From Nemertoderma westbladi (Eukaryota > Animalia > Xenacoelomorpha), in the NCBI GenBank assembly GCA_032718475.1, contig JAUCBJ010008050.1, positions 62,001 to 126,000 of the forward strand: a stretch of DNA of 64,000 nucleotides, read 5' to 3'. Shown here one piece after another: positions 37,590 through 48,061 of this stretch. How positions within the stretch are numbered: position 1 is the stretch's first letter; each line of letters opens with the position of its first letter. The notes beneath the pieces were generated by a model. That model had not been told where the DNA came from, did not search any database, and saw only the letters and a list, made by a program, of their open reading frames with translations. The position numbers were made by a program, and so were the translations under genes.

Positions 37590-39850
37590 ATAGATAGATA
37601 GATAGATTTATTTATACATTATGTAAAAACAATAACAAATACACCAAACAATGTACCGGTATAAAGGTATTGTCTAACATAACATATAGGATTACCCCTA
37701 AAGCTTTGCAGCTTATTTCCAAGGGGGTCCTTTATGTTACTTGGTTACAAATACAATATTACACTACGCTAACCTAAAACCAATATAAAACGTAATTACA
37801 CTATGTACATGTACAACTTTACCGAGAGCGTGACAATGCCCGAATCAATGATAAGTGTAGCACTATTGTACTATTGTGCTTACTGTAGCACTATTGTACC
37901 TATTTTTACATTCCACACGGAGGTGAGATTTAACTGCAGATTTAAAAGAATGTTGATTATCTAGGTTTTTAATTTCATTACGCAGAGCGTTCAAATTTTT
38001 AATACCGTTAAAAAAGAAAGTATCAGATTCAAAGGATTTACAATTCGGGAGGTAGAAGTTTGAAGCACTAGCTCTGGTACTGTAAGAGTGTGTATCGCGT
38101 ACTCTGTTGAATTTTTGTTTTAGGTAATTGGGACATTTACCATTATACACTGTATGCACATGGTTAAGGCGTAGCTGCTTAACTCTAGGGGCCTACTATC
38201 TAAGTTAAGTAGTCCAGATTCAGAAAAGTCATCTGGAGTTAGGTGGTGCCTAGGTTTGTAGTCTTTAATAAATCGTACTACTTTATTCTGAGCAACTTGT
38301 AATTTACATTTAAGCTGTTTGGTTAAGCCTTCATACCAAGAAGAGCACATATAGTCCATGTGAGACTGTATTAAAGAAGAGCAAAGTAACTTGCGGTAAC
38401 TTGCGGCAAAGTAACTATTTATATTTCTATATAGAAACCTAAGCCTACTGTTAACTTTCAAGAAAATATTTTTCACTGTACTTTCTCTTGATAAGCAGTT
38501 ATCCAATGTGACGCCTTTATATTTAACTTCCTGTTTATTTTCAATCTTATGTCCATTGCTAGTGACTTCAAACTTAGTTACCTTCTTTAACTTCCTTTTG
38601 GAACCAAACAAAATACTTTCAGTCTTACCGTAGTGAATGGATAGCTTATTATCAACCAACCACTCATTAACAGGATTCTAGAACTGCACTTAACTATTGG
38701 GAAATGTGGATAGGATCTTTATGAGAGAAAATAAGAGCACTGTCGTCGGCATATAAAATGAGTTTAATATCGGGATCTATACTACTTATCATATCATTTA
38801 CATAGCATACAAAAAGCAGAGGACCTAATATACTACCTGGCGGTACACCACAGGTAATCTCTTGTACAGTAGACTGTGATTTGCTAATGACTACAGTTTG
38901 ACCTCTGTCTGACAGGTAGGACTTGAACCAGTCTATAGAACCTACACCCATCAGGCCTAACTTACCAAGCAGAATTTCATGATCTACAATATCGAACGCC
39001 TTTTGTAGGTCCAACATTACCATACCAGTATATAAACCCTTTGCGTTATTACATCTAATTGTATCAGTTAACTTAATAAGGCAGGTGTCTGTAGAATATG
39101 ATTTACGAAAACCGGACTGAAGTTCATAGATCAGATTTAGCCTACTAAGATGTGCCTTCAGCTGTAGATAAACAGAACGTTCTAGAATTTTAGATACAAT
39201 ACTTAAGATACTAACAGGTCTGTAATTACAGGGTTCTACTTTACTATTCTTTTTATACAGAGGAACAACCTTAGCTAATTTCAGTTCGTCTGGTACTACA
39301 TTATCTGGTACTACAGAAAACGGGCAGGTATTAGGTCTAAACCGGTACTTTTTGAGGCTGATAGGCTAAGTAGATTTTGAAAAACGAAATCCTCAGAAAC
39401 GGGTTTTAAAAATAACTTTTCTGAATTTTGTAACTTTTCTAAATAAAAATTATTTAGAGTTTCGGACCCTATACTATATTTAATACTTGATAACGGTAAC
39501 TTCTTAACTAAATTAGAGGCAACCTTAGTAAAATAATTATTAAATAAATTACTAACTAGAGTATGATCATGAATCAGCTCACCGTTATCTTGCAGAACAA
39601 TATTCGATTTAGATTTAAGGTTTTTATAACCTAAATATTTTAGGGTAGACCATAGACTTTTAGGATTATCTTTATTCTCACTTATTTTGTTGTACAAATA
39701 TTCAGATTTAGCTTTTTTTATTTCCCGTTGGACAAGGTTTCTATATTTGCAGTAATTATTATAATCATCTAAAACACGGTATTTCCTAAATTCATACAAA
39801 TAGTTATCTCTTTCTCTGATATTACTAAGAATACCCGAGGTCATCCAGGG
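37590..39850 (-). mobile_element. 5'-truncated L2/Crack-group LINE
   Basis: [30 protein letters not shown] and KTESILFG motifs; (CTAT)n tail at about 37590. Confidence 0.92.
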
Positions 39851-39897
39851 TATAAATGTTCTGATTATATTTTACATTTCTCAACAATTTTCCCTAC

Positions 39898-40089
39898 CTT
39901 TCTCGCATTTGTTATCATCCTCTATTAAACATCGCTTAGACTCAGAGAGTAACTCATGATGACAGAATCCACCATTGACTGCTCCAACTAGGACATCCCG
40001 AGTGCGATTGGAGTAACCAGAGCATGGGTTCATATCTGTTACACAATCACTCCACCCCGTCCACGAACTCAGTACACAGTCAAGAGGTT
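39898..40089 (-). CDS. Exon 7: TSP1 (spondin-type) repeat 4
   Basis: DCVLSSWTGWSDC..CSGYSNRTRDVLVGAVNGGFC..SESKRC; phase 1-1. Confidence 0.92.
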
Positions 40090-40355
40090 CTATTCAAAAA
40101 AGAAACATAATGTATTTATTAGTTATAAATATACCTTAAGATTAGGATTTAATATATATATTTTTTTTTATTAGAGATATTAAATTAGAACTAAATGATA
40201 TAATAACAACAAACCAACGCTATGTGAATGAATATAATAAATGGTTAAAAGATGGGAAACGGAGGGAAAGAAAATCACGCCTGTGTGTGATTATATTTAT
40301 CATATAATTTGCAATAATAATTTTATTATTTTACAACCCACAAAAATTAATTTAC

Positions 40356-40520
40356 CTGGTAAACATGGGACGTCGTTGCACACTTCAGTTTGCTCTATAC
40401 AAGGTGAACAAGGAACACCAAGCGGGTTGAGTTTGATGTCTCGTTTCATTTCGATTGTTCCACCACCACACATTTTGGTACATTCTCCTTGGTATTGCCA
40501 TCTTTCATGGTAATCACATT
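40356..40520 (-). CDS. Exon 6: TSP1 repeat 3
   Basis: ECDYHERWQYQGECTKMCGGGTIEMKRDI..EVCNDVPCLP; phase 1-1. Confidence 0.92.
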
Positions 40521-40768
40521 CTGCATGAATGAATGAAAGATTAAAATGCTTATAAAAGCAATTCCGATTTCAATTAAAATTATACAATTTATTTTTGTAC
40601 TGGCGATAGCGAAATCTGAAGAGAGTTTTGTGCCATCAATGCAACCTAATGGATGAGGTGCACATGTATATAAAAGTTTCACAGAAATGTATACATACAC
40701 TTCACAAATTCTTGTGTAATGCACGGTTTGGTGTCCAGATTACTCACCACATGCTTGTACATTGCACA

Positions 40769-41697
40769 TCGAATACGCAAATGAAAGGCATGGGCAGCCT
40801 TAAATAGGTTTTCTAGGATTTGGAAGTCACATAGAATGAATCGGAAACTTAAGGTCCGATTATTTAGAGCAGCAGTAGTTCCAGTACTCCTCTATGGGAG
40901 TCCATTCTGGGCTCTAACTGTTGAGGACACCAAATCTCTGGATGGCACATTCAGAAGAATGCTACGCCGGCTTCACTGTGTCAAGTACAATGCACACATC
41001 TCTAACCAGACACTAGTTAACATTGGAGGTGTCTCATTGGTTCCCCGAAGCTTGACACTACAACAAAGCTGCCTCCGCTTTGCAGGACATTGCTTTTGCC
41101 ATGAGGACCAACCAGTGCATACTATTGTGCTTTGGCAGCCTCATGGAGTGAATAAGCATGGTGGACAGCCCATGACTTTCTTGAGACGCATCTTAAAGGA
41201 CACTGGCCTTGAAGATGCGGACGATCTAGCAAATGTCTTGATTTTAGATGCGTCTCAAGAAAGTCATGGGCTGTCCACCATGCTTATTCACTCCAAGAGG
41301 CTGCCAAAGTACAAGATTATGCACTGGCTGGTCCTCACGGCGAAAGCAACGTCCTGCAAAGCGGAGGCGATTTTGTTCTAGTGTCAAGCTTGGGGGAACC
41401 AATGAGACACCTCCAATGTTATATAGTGTCTGGTTGGAGATGTGTGCATTGTACTTGACACAATGAACCCGGCGTAGCATTCTTGTGAATGTGCCATCCA
41501 AAGATTTGGTGTCATCAGCAGTTAGAGCCCAGCATGGACTCCCATAGATGAGTACTGTAACTACTGCTGCTCTAAATAATCGGACCTTAAGTTTCCGATT
41601 AAGTCTCGGTGAGATAATGGGTGATAGTCTTTGTCAACAAGCCGGGACAGCATTCGTAAAAATGCAGCTGCAATGCAGCATGCCGATCCTAATAGTA
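40769..41697 (+). mobile_element. 5'-truncated RTE LINE with an internal inverted duplication and 12-bp TSD
   Basis: GTACATTGCACA at 40757-40768 and 41698-41709; same family and tail as 5683-6260; arms 40838-41195 and 41243-41600 are reverse complements. Confidence 0.9.
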
Positions 41698-41731
41698 GTA
41701 CATTGCACAGTATGGTGTAGAGAATACTCAC

Positions 41732-41899
41732 CACATGCTTGTGTATTGCACGGTATGGTGTCTAGTAGATGGACTTTATCACAAGGATGACCACCGTAGT
41801 CCGCCTGATGTGTGACATAACGTTCCACTGTCTGGACACCGGTTCCACATGGTAGACTGCAACCGGTTACCTCATACCAACCAGTGAGACCGCAATCAA
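41732..41899 (-). CDS. Exon 5: TSP1 (spondin-type) repeat 2
   Basis: VDCGLTGWYEVTGCSLPCGTGVQTVERYV..YGGHPC..IPCNTQAC; GTGAGT donor; phase 1-1. Confidence 0.92.
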
Positions 41900-42299
41900 C
41901 TAAATATTAAAATGCAAAGTAATATTTAATTTAGTGAAGTATTTTCCATGTAATTTAATTCGGTGAAACAAAAAGCTTTTTTAATTTAAGTTTTCTTAAT
42001 ATAATTTAAACAGTGGGTGCAGCTCGATGTAAGAGAGTATAAATAAGTAATTTATAATTGTTTCTAAATATGAAAATTGAATCTGATCGCTTTATCATTG
42101 GGTAAATACGTTTTTCATAATGAATGGTAACAAGTTTCTTAATAATTTACCATTAAACAACATTTAAATAATATAACTAATGTAGTACCTTATGCCTAGG
42201 AGTGGAATACTACGGTAGTGCAGTAATATTCAGCTGTTCATGCAGTCACCAGGGATGGCACGAGCTCGGGCGAGGGAAATATCGTATGTCGAGTATGGT

Positions 42300-42830
42300 G
42301 TGGTCCCCCAGTCACAGCCATGGGTCCCCCAGTCACGGGTCCTCCAGTCACAGCCATTGGTCCCCCAGTCACAGTCATGGGTCCCCCAGCCACAACCACG
42401 GGTCCTCCAGTCACAACCACTGGTCCCCCAGTCACAGCCATGGGTCCCCCAGTCACAGCCCATGGTCCCCCAGTCACAACCACAGGCCTCCCAGTCACAA
42501 CCACGGGTCACCCAGTTACAGTCATGGGTCCCCCAGTCACAACCACGGGTCCCCTGTCACGGTTCTTCCAGTCACAGCAATGGGTCCCCCAGTCACAGTC
42601 AAGGGTCCCCCATTTACAGTCATGGGTCCCCCTGTCACCAACACGGTCGTGGTTCCCCCTGTCACGGGTCACCCAGTTACAACCACGGGTCCCCCAGTCA
42701 CGGGACCCCCAGTCACCCATCCCCCAGTCACGGGTCCCCCAGTTACAACCACGGGTCCCCCAGTCACGGGACCCCCAGTCACGGTTCCCCCAGTCACTGT
42801 CACAACTCCATCCATCCCAGCCATGGTGTC
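42300..42830. repeat. 21/15-bp GC-rich minisatellite (GGTCCCCCAGTCACAACCACG)
   Basis: Repeats translate as (TTGPPVT)n and are open in several frames. Confidence 0.92.
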
Positions 42831-42899
42831 CCCAGGGATGGGTATTAAATTTATGGCCCATAAAGACAAACACCCTCGGGTCAGGAAATGAGAGAGGGT

Positions 42900-45790
42900 G
42901 AGTTCATCAATTCACTCGGGTTCTCAAGCGCATCAATTGGGTCCTCTCTGCCAGTCTGGTCCCCAAGCCCCAATGAATCACTCCAAGGCACATCTAGTTA
43001 CATGGGGAAGCATACAGTCATCCTTTGAGGAGCTTAAAGCAACCATTAACCGGATCTATGACATTGTGGTTCACTGGCACTCAAACCGGGTTCTTGGTTC
43101 CTCTGGGGGCTGTGGGTCGCGATTTCATCGCCGGTTTGTCACACTTCATAGAACTAGTGACTACTAGCAGTGTTCTGCAACAGATAGCACTTATAGAAAT
43201 GATGGTAGCTCCAGCTCTGCTCCTACAGAAACAGAGTCGTTTATCGACTATTGCAACCCACCGACGGATTCTAGAAAGGCGGCTTATTATTTGGAAGCAA
43301 GGAGACTTCGATGAGCTCCTAGTTGAGGCCTGAGCCATCCAGTTCCACCTTCCCAAGCAACGTTTCCGTTTAGGGTCCAAGAACACTGCTATTCAAAAAA
43401 CTTTTGTGCGGCACATGCTGACAGGTAACATTTCAGCAGCAACGAGATGCCTGAGTTAATTAAACCATGGGAAACCGTTGAAGTTGGACTATTCATTCAC
43501 CAATAAAGATGGGAATACCAAGGTGGTACAAGATGTACTTCGGGAGAAAAATCCGGCTGCTAAACCCACCAATGAGTCTATCCTCTTAAGAGAGTTTGAG
43601 GGAGCCCCAGATTCCCATAGCATCATATTTGAGCGCCTAAATGGACAACTCATCCTGTTCAGTCTCTTCAGGATGCGAGGAAATGCAGCGGGACCTTCAG
43701 GGCTGGAGATTCAGGGATGGAAGCAATTTACTGATGAAATTCCGGAACTGGTCATCGGAACTTTGTGACAGAATCACTGATCTAGGGAAGCTTATTTCGC
43801 AGAAAGTCCTCCCTTCTGGAATTCGCACCTTGTTCCTGTCAGCCTGACTTCTAGCACTGGACAAGAACCCAGGTGTTCTTTGCTGGGTGGTTGGCAAGGC
43901 GGCAATGTCCTGTATACGGGAGTACCTCCAGGAGGCTGGTGGATCCGTGCAGATGTGTCTGGGTCAGAAAGCTGGCATCTAGTCTGCCATTCACTCCTTG
44001 AATGATGCTTTTGAATCTGCAGATAGCAAAGCTGTCCTTCAGATAGATGCGACCAATGCATTTAACTCTCTAAACCACCAAGCCTGCTCTCCACACCATA
44101 GTGGTAAACTGTTACAACCAGCCATCATATTTATTTGTTGGTGGGGAGAGTCTGCTATCAGAGGAAGGATCAACACAGGGAGAACCAGTGGCAATGCCGA
44201 TGTTTGGATGTTGTCTAGTACCACTGCTTGTTGAGGTAGCCCATGCATGTACTGTCATACAGAAGTGGTTCGCTGATGACGGAAACGCAAGGGGAAAACT
44301 CAAGGAACCCCGCAGGTTCTGGGATATCGTATCAGAGAGGGTGCCACTTTATTACCCAACCAACATAGGGTATTACCCAACCAAGTATTTCCTTACAATG
44401 AAGCTGGAGAAGTTGGAGGAGGCAATAACCATGTTTGCAGGAACCGGAATGGCTGTGAACACAGTCGGCAACAAACTTATTGGAAGTTAATAAAGTTATC
44501 GGAACCGAATGTTTCCATCGTGACTTTATCAACCAGAAAGTGGAAAAGTTTGCCTCTGATGTGGTCCACCTCTCCCTTATTGCTGCAGTTGATCCCCATT
44601 GTACCTACGCCGGTCTCACTTTTGGACTGTCCTGTTGGTGGAGGTTTGTTGCGTGTGTGATGCCAGAAGTGATGGAGCAGTTTGGCAAGTTGGAGGATTC
44701 AGTGGAACGGTGTCTCTGCCAATTATTTGACAGACCATCAGTGACACCTGAGGAGTGCCAGGTGATATATCTTCCAGTCCAAGAAGGAGGGTTAGGGATT
44801 CCCACCCCAGTTGATCTACAGCCCCAATACGAGAACTCTCGGATGATCTGTGAGCCATTCAACTCCTTGGAGGGTGAGCTGATGGCAGTAGTAAGGGAGG
44901 AGCAGATGCACCTCGCCAAGCTAGTAACAGCATCCTCCTTCAGTGTAGCAAAATTGAAGAAGGAGGATGTGCTCGACTCTTTAACGCAAGACCAGTTAAA
45001 GCTGCATACATTAACCACAGAGAAATGTGCATCAGCCTAGCTAAATGCTAAACCCCTAACTCTGCACGACACTCACCTTTCCAAGGAGGAGTTCAGGAAC
45101 GCGGTGTGTCTTCATTACGGTTGGACGACGAGAAATCTACAATCCATTTCGCCAACCCATTTTCTGTCGTGTCCCACTGGAGGGTTCCCCTCCATAAGAC
45201 ACAACGAGATACGAGATTTCGTTGCCACCTCCCTGACTGAGGAGGTGCGCAACGTGGCTGTTGAGCCCATGCTCCTGCCACTAACCAGGGAGTCTTTCCC
45301 CCTTCGGTCCACCTCGACAGATCAGCAGGCAAGACTCGATGTGTTGGTGAGTGGATTCTGGGGCAACTGCTTCCAGAAGATGTTCATCGATGTGTTGGTG
45401 TTTAACCTGCTGGCTGGGTCAAATGCCACTATGACGCTGGAGACACACCACCTCTATCATGAGGGATGGAAGATCCGAAAGTACGAGGAGAGGATTCGTG
45501 AGGTGTAACACTCCACTTTCACCCCTCTGATTTTCAGTGGAATGGTGCCGACTCGACTGCTCACCAGTTCATTAAACGTCTGGCATCAAAACTGGCAGAG
45601 AAGTGGATGGTCCCCTACTCTGAGTCGGTCTCCTGGGTGCAATGACGCATCAACTTTTCATTGCTGAGATCGTCCCTGATGTGTTTCCGTGGGTTCCAGT
45701 CAGCTACCAGATGACCAGTGAGGGTGGCAGTTGATGACGCATCTATCGTGTTGGCGAACTGCAGACATGTTTGCATGAGGGACTATTGCT
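42900..45790 (+). mobile_element. Decayed CRE-clade non-LTR retrotransposon (RT plus restriction-like endonuclease)
   Basis: AAGPSG, IDATNAFNSLN, EGSTQGEP.AM, WFADD, GGLGIP, H.LSC..GG....RHNEIRD and ARLDV...GFW....FIDV motifs; many stops and frameshifts. Confidence 0.88.
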
Positions 45791-46141
45791 GCTGTACTGT
45801 AGAATTAATTAAACTATCATATGCACTGTGGTAAATAGCCAGCAGGTTATAAATTTGTGTTTATATGGTTGCTAGTTGAGAGGTTTTGTCAGCTGGTGGC
45901 GGGTTTTATTTAAAATACTCTTAGTTCAAATTCTTTTGAGCAACAAAAAAGTACATATTTAAGAATAAAATTACGTAATACATTTAAACAACCAGTGGGA
46001 AGTGAAGTAATTTGTAGAAATATAACAAACTACTAATTACATGCAGTTGAACTGTATACAATTAACCACGAATTTATCGAGTTGGACTTACACTACAATA
46101 AGATGATTTTCCAAATTACAAATTATAGTCTATCAAAATAC

Positions 46142-46297
46142 CTGGGCAGTAGTGCTCATTGCAGGATTGTGTGGAAGTGGTATCATCACAGGTAATCCCG
46201 CCAAGGTTTTCTATGACAGTCCTGGTAAATTGCTGAACTCCCCCACCACATGACGTGCTGCACTCTGTCTGTGGTGTATATTCGCTGTACACGCAAG
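46142..46297 (-). CDS. Exon 4: TSP1 repeat 1
   Basis: CVYSEYTPQTECSTSCGGGVQQFTRTV..CDDTTSTQSCNEHYCP; phase 1-1. Confidence 0.92.
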
Positions 46298-46496
46298 CTA
46301 AGTGATTAAATAATTACATCATCACGATCATCACGGACTCCAACTTAAGAAATACATGTCACAAAAGTAAACTACTAAGTAAGCTACTTATCACAAAGTG
46401 ATATAAACACTTAATGTATTCTAGAAAATGGCCCTAATTCTAGACTACATTATAATAATCTAACTTAGGCCTACTAAAAAAGTCTACAATACTTAC

Positions 46497-46792
46497 GTAT
46501 TTCGCATGCCAGATTGCTAACAGTCTCACTATGTATGAGCTGACCCGGACCAGCTGTACCTCCCAACAACAGCCTCTTTATGGGCAGCAAACTCTTATCT
46601 TCCACGACAACAATCTCCGTACACACATCCGGACTCTCATGGCAGACCGCTTGTCCATTCTTGTAGGAGAAGAAGTCATGCGATTGGCCCAGATTGTCTT
46701 CCCAACAGACATCATTGCTGGATACTTCTTTGCTAAGCAAAGTGATGGTCTGTGTACAGCTGTCAGCTGCATCCACCAAGTCCTGCATCATT
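46497..46792 (-). CDS. Exon 3: fibrinogen/COLFI-like domain of the Caspr/neurexin-IV type
   Basis: MMQDLVDAADSCTQTITL..CWEDNLGQSHDFF..EDKSLLPIKRLLLG..NLACE resembles the L-I--S--C-Q-I / W-D--G / DK--LPV--L-FG / L-C pattern; AG and GTAAGT sites; phase 2 to 1. Confidence 0.8.
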
Positions 46793-47286
46793 CTATAAGC
46801 ACATTTTTTGTAATAAATATGTAGGCCACTACAGTCATTATTTTATCAATTAAATATCATTATAATATTTAATTATAACAAATAGTAACCATAAATACTA
46901 TTATATTATTAACTTATAGTTATTATAACCAATAAATTTTCATCACTGTTTAAAAGATACATGAGCCATCATGCAGAACACGACCATTATTGAACATGAG
47001 CCTACCAACCAGTCAGGAAATCATCAGCTGGTGATTCCACCATTTCCCTGGAAGTTGATTGGCTATTACTTTCAGTGCGAAGTTTAATTTTATACAATGC
47101 CAGAGCAGATTTTCTACCATCTGCGGTATTGGTGACAGCAATCTGCTCAATGACTAACTCCCATTGAGATCGAGTTCTATAAATTCAAGCTGACGATTAT
47201 GATGCCATCTTGCTGCTGCTATATAGTAGTTACACGTTTCCAGAACCTATAAACCTGTGGGATTCAGCAAGTAGCTTCATACTTAC

Positions 47287-47413
47287 TGGTCATTATGCGG
47301 ATATGTTACATCTATGGCATATTGGCAGGGGGCAATGTTTCCCTGCACTTCTTCGCTGGTGAATGTGGCGGTAATTGTAGTTAGCTCACCAAAAGAGCGG
47401 TAGACTAACTCAA
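47287..47413 (-). CDS. Exon 2: end of signal peptide and start of Caspr/COLFI-like domain
   Basis: ttgcAG acceptor, GTAAGT donor, phase 1 to 2; VELVYRSFGELTTITATFTSEEVQGNIAPCQYAIDVTYPHNDQ. Confidence 0.8.
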
Positions 47414-48015
47414 CTGCAATAAAACCATTAATAATTAAAATCAAAAGAATACATTAACAATTAATTTCGATAGATAATATTGATAAGAAGTCAGAATTGG
47501 AATCAATGACATAGAATTTCGGAAAAAAAATTATTCAATTATTTTATGTATTTAATTGTCAATAGACAAACCACCATACAGGTTGGAGTGTATAAAGACA
47601 GAAAAATAAAAAATAAACCACTGAATGACATAAATATGTAATATTAGACATTCTGCACTTGCGTATTGAATTTTGAACTTGAAGGCATTTTCAGCACGCG
47701 ATTCGCTTGTGCTAAAAAAACAGCCAAATAGGCAAAAATCAAGGATAATTGAATTTCGGTCAATTAAAATTAGTGTCAAAAAGTGTTTATTGGATAATTT
47801 TTTTAATTGAAAAATATTACTTTACTTAGTTCTTACAAATAATTAAATACTGCAAATATTTAATGATAATGATATTATTAACAAACAATAGATAGAATAT
47901 TAATATTAGAATATTAAAAGTAGTATTGATAACTAGTATATATAACAATCATAATATTAAATTATTATTAATACTTTAATGATATTAGCCGATTTTATAA
48001 ATTTAATTCGCTCAC

Positions 48016-48061
48016 CAATTATAATACAGGCACAAAGCAATCGTTGTCCTTTTATCCCCAT
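48016..48061 (-). CDS. Coding exon 1: start of signal peptide (MGIKGQRLLCACIII)
   Basis: ATG, basic then hydrophobic residues, GTGAG donor in phase 1 that matches the next exon. Confidence 0.75.

Larger units (their letters stand above)
1540..48061 (-). other. Multi-exon gene (18 exons in window, 3' end outside window) for a secreted mosaic protein: SP, Caspr/COLFI-like, 7 x TSP1(-like), VOMI, CUB, CUB(partial)
   Basis: Manual splicing: every intron is GT..AG, phases match at all 17 junctions, and the 2856-nt joined CDS is stop-free with recognisable domain motifs in order. Confidence 0.88.

Noticed and set aside
42202-42901. Mucin or His/Ser-rich protein gene (several overlapping ORFs)
   Set aside because: The ORFs arise from a stop-free minisatellite; no splice sites link it to the host gene.
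46930-47270. Additional coding exon between exons 2 and 3
   Set aside because: Exons 2 and 3 already join in frame; no convincing splice sites or domain motif.
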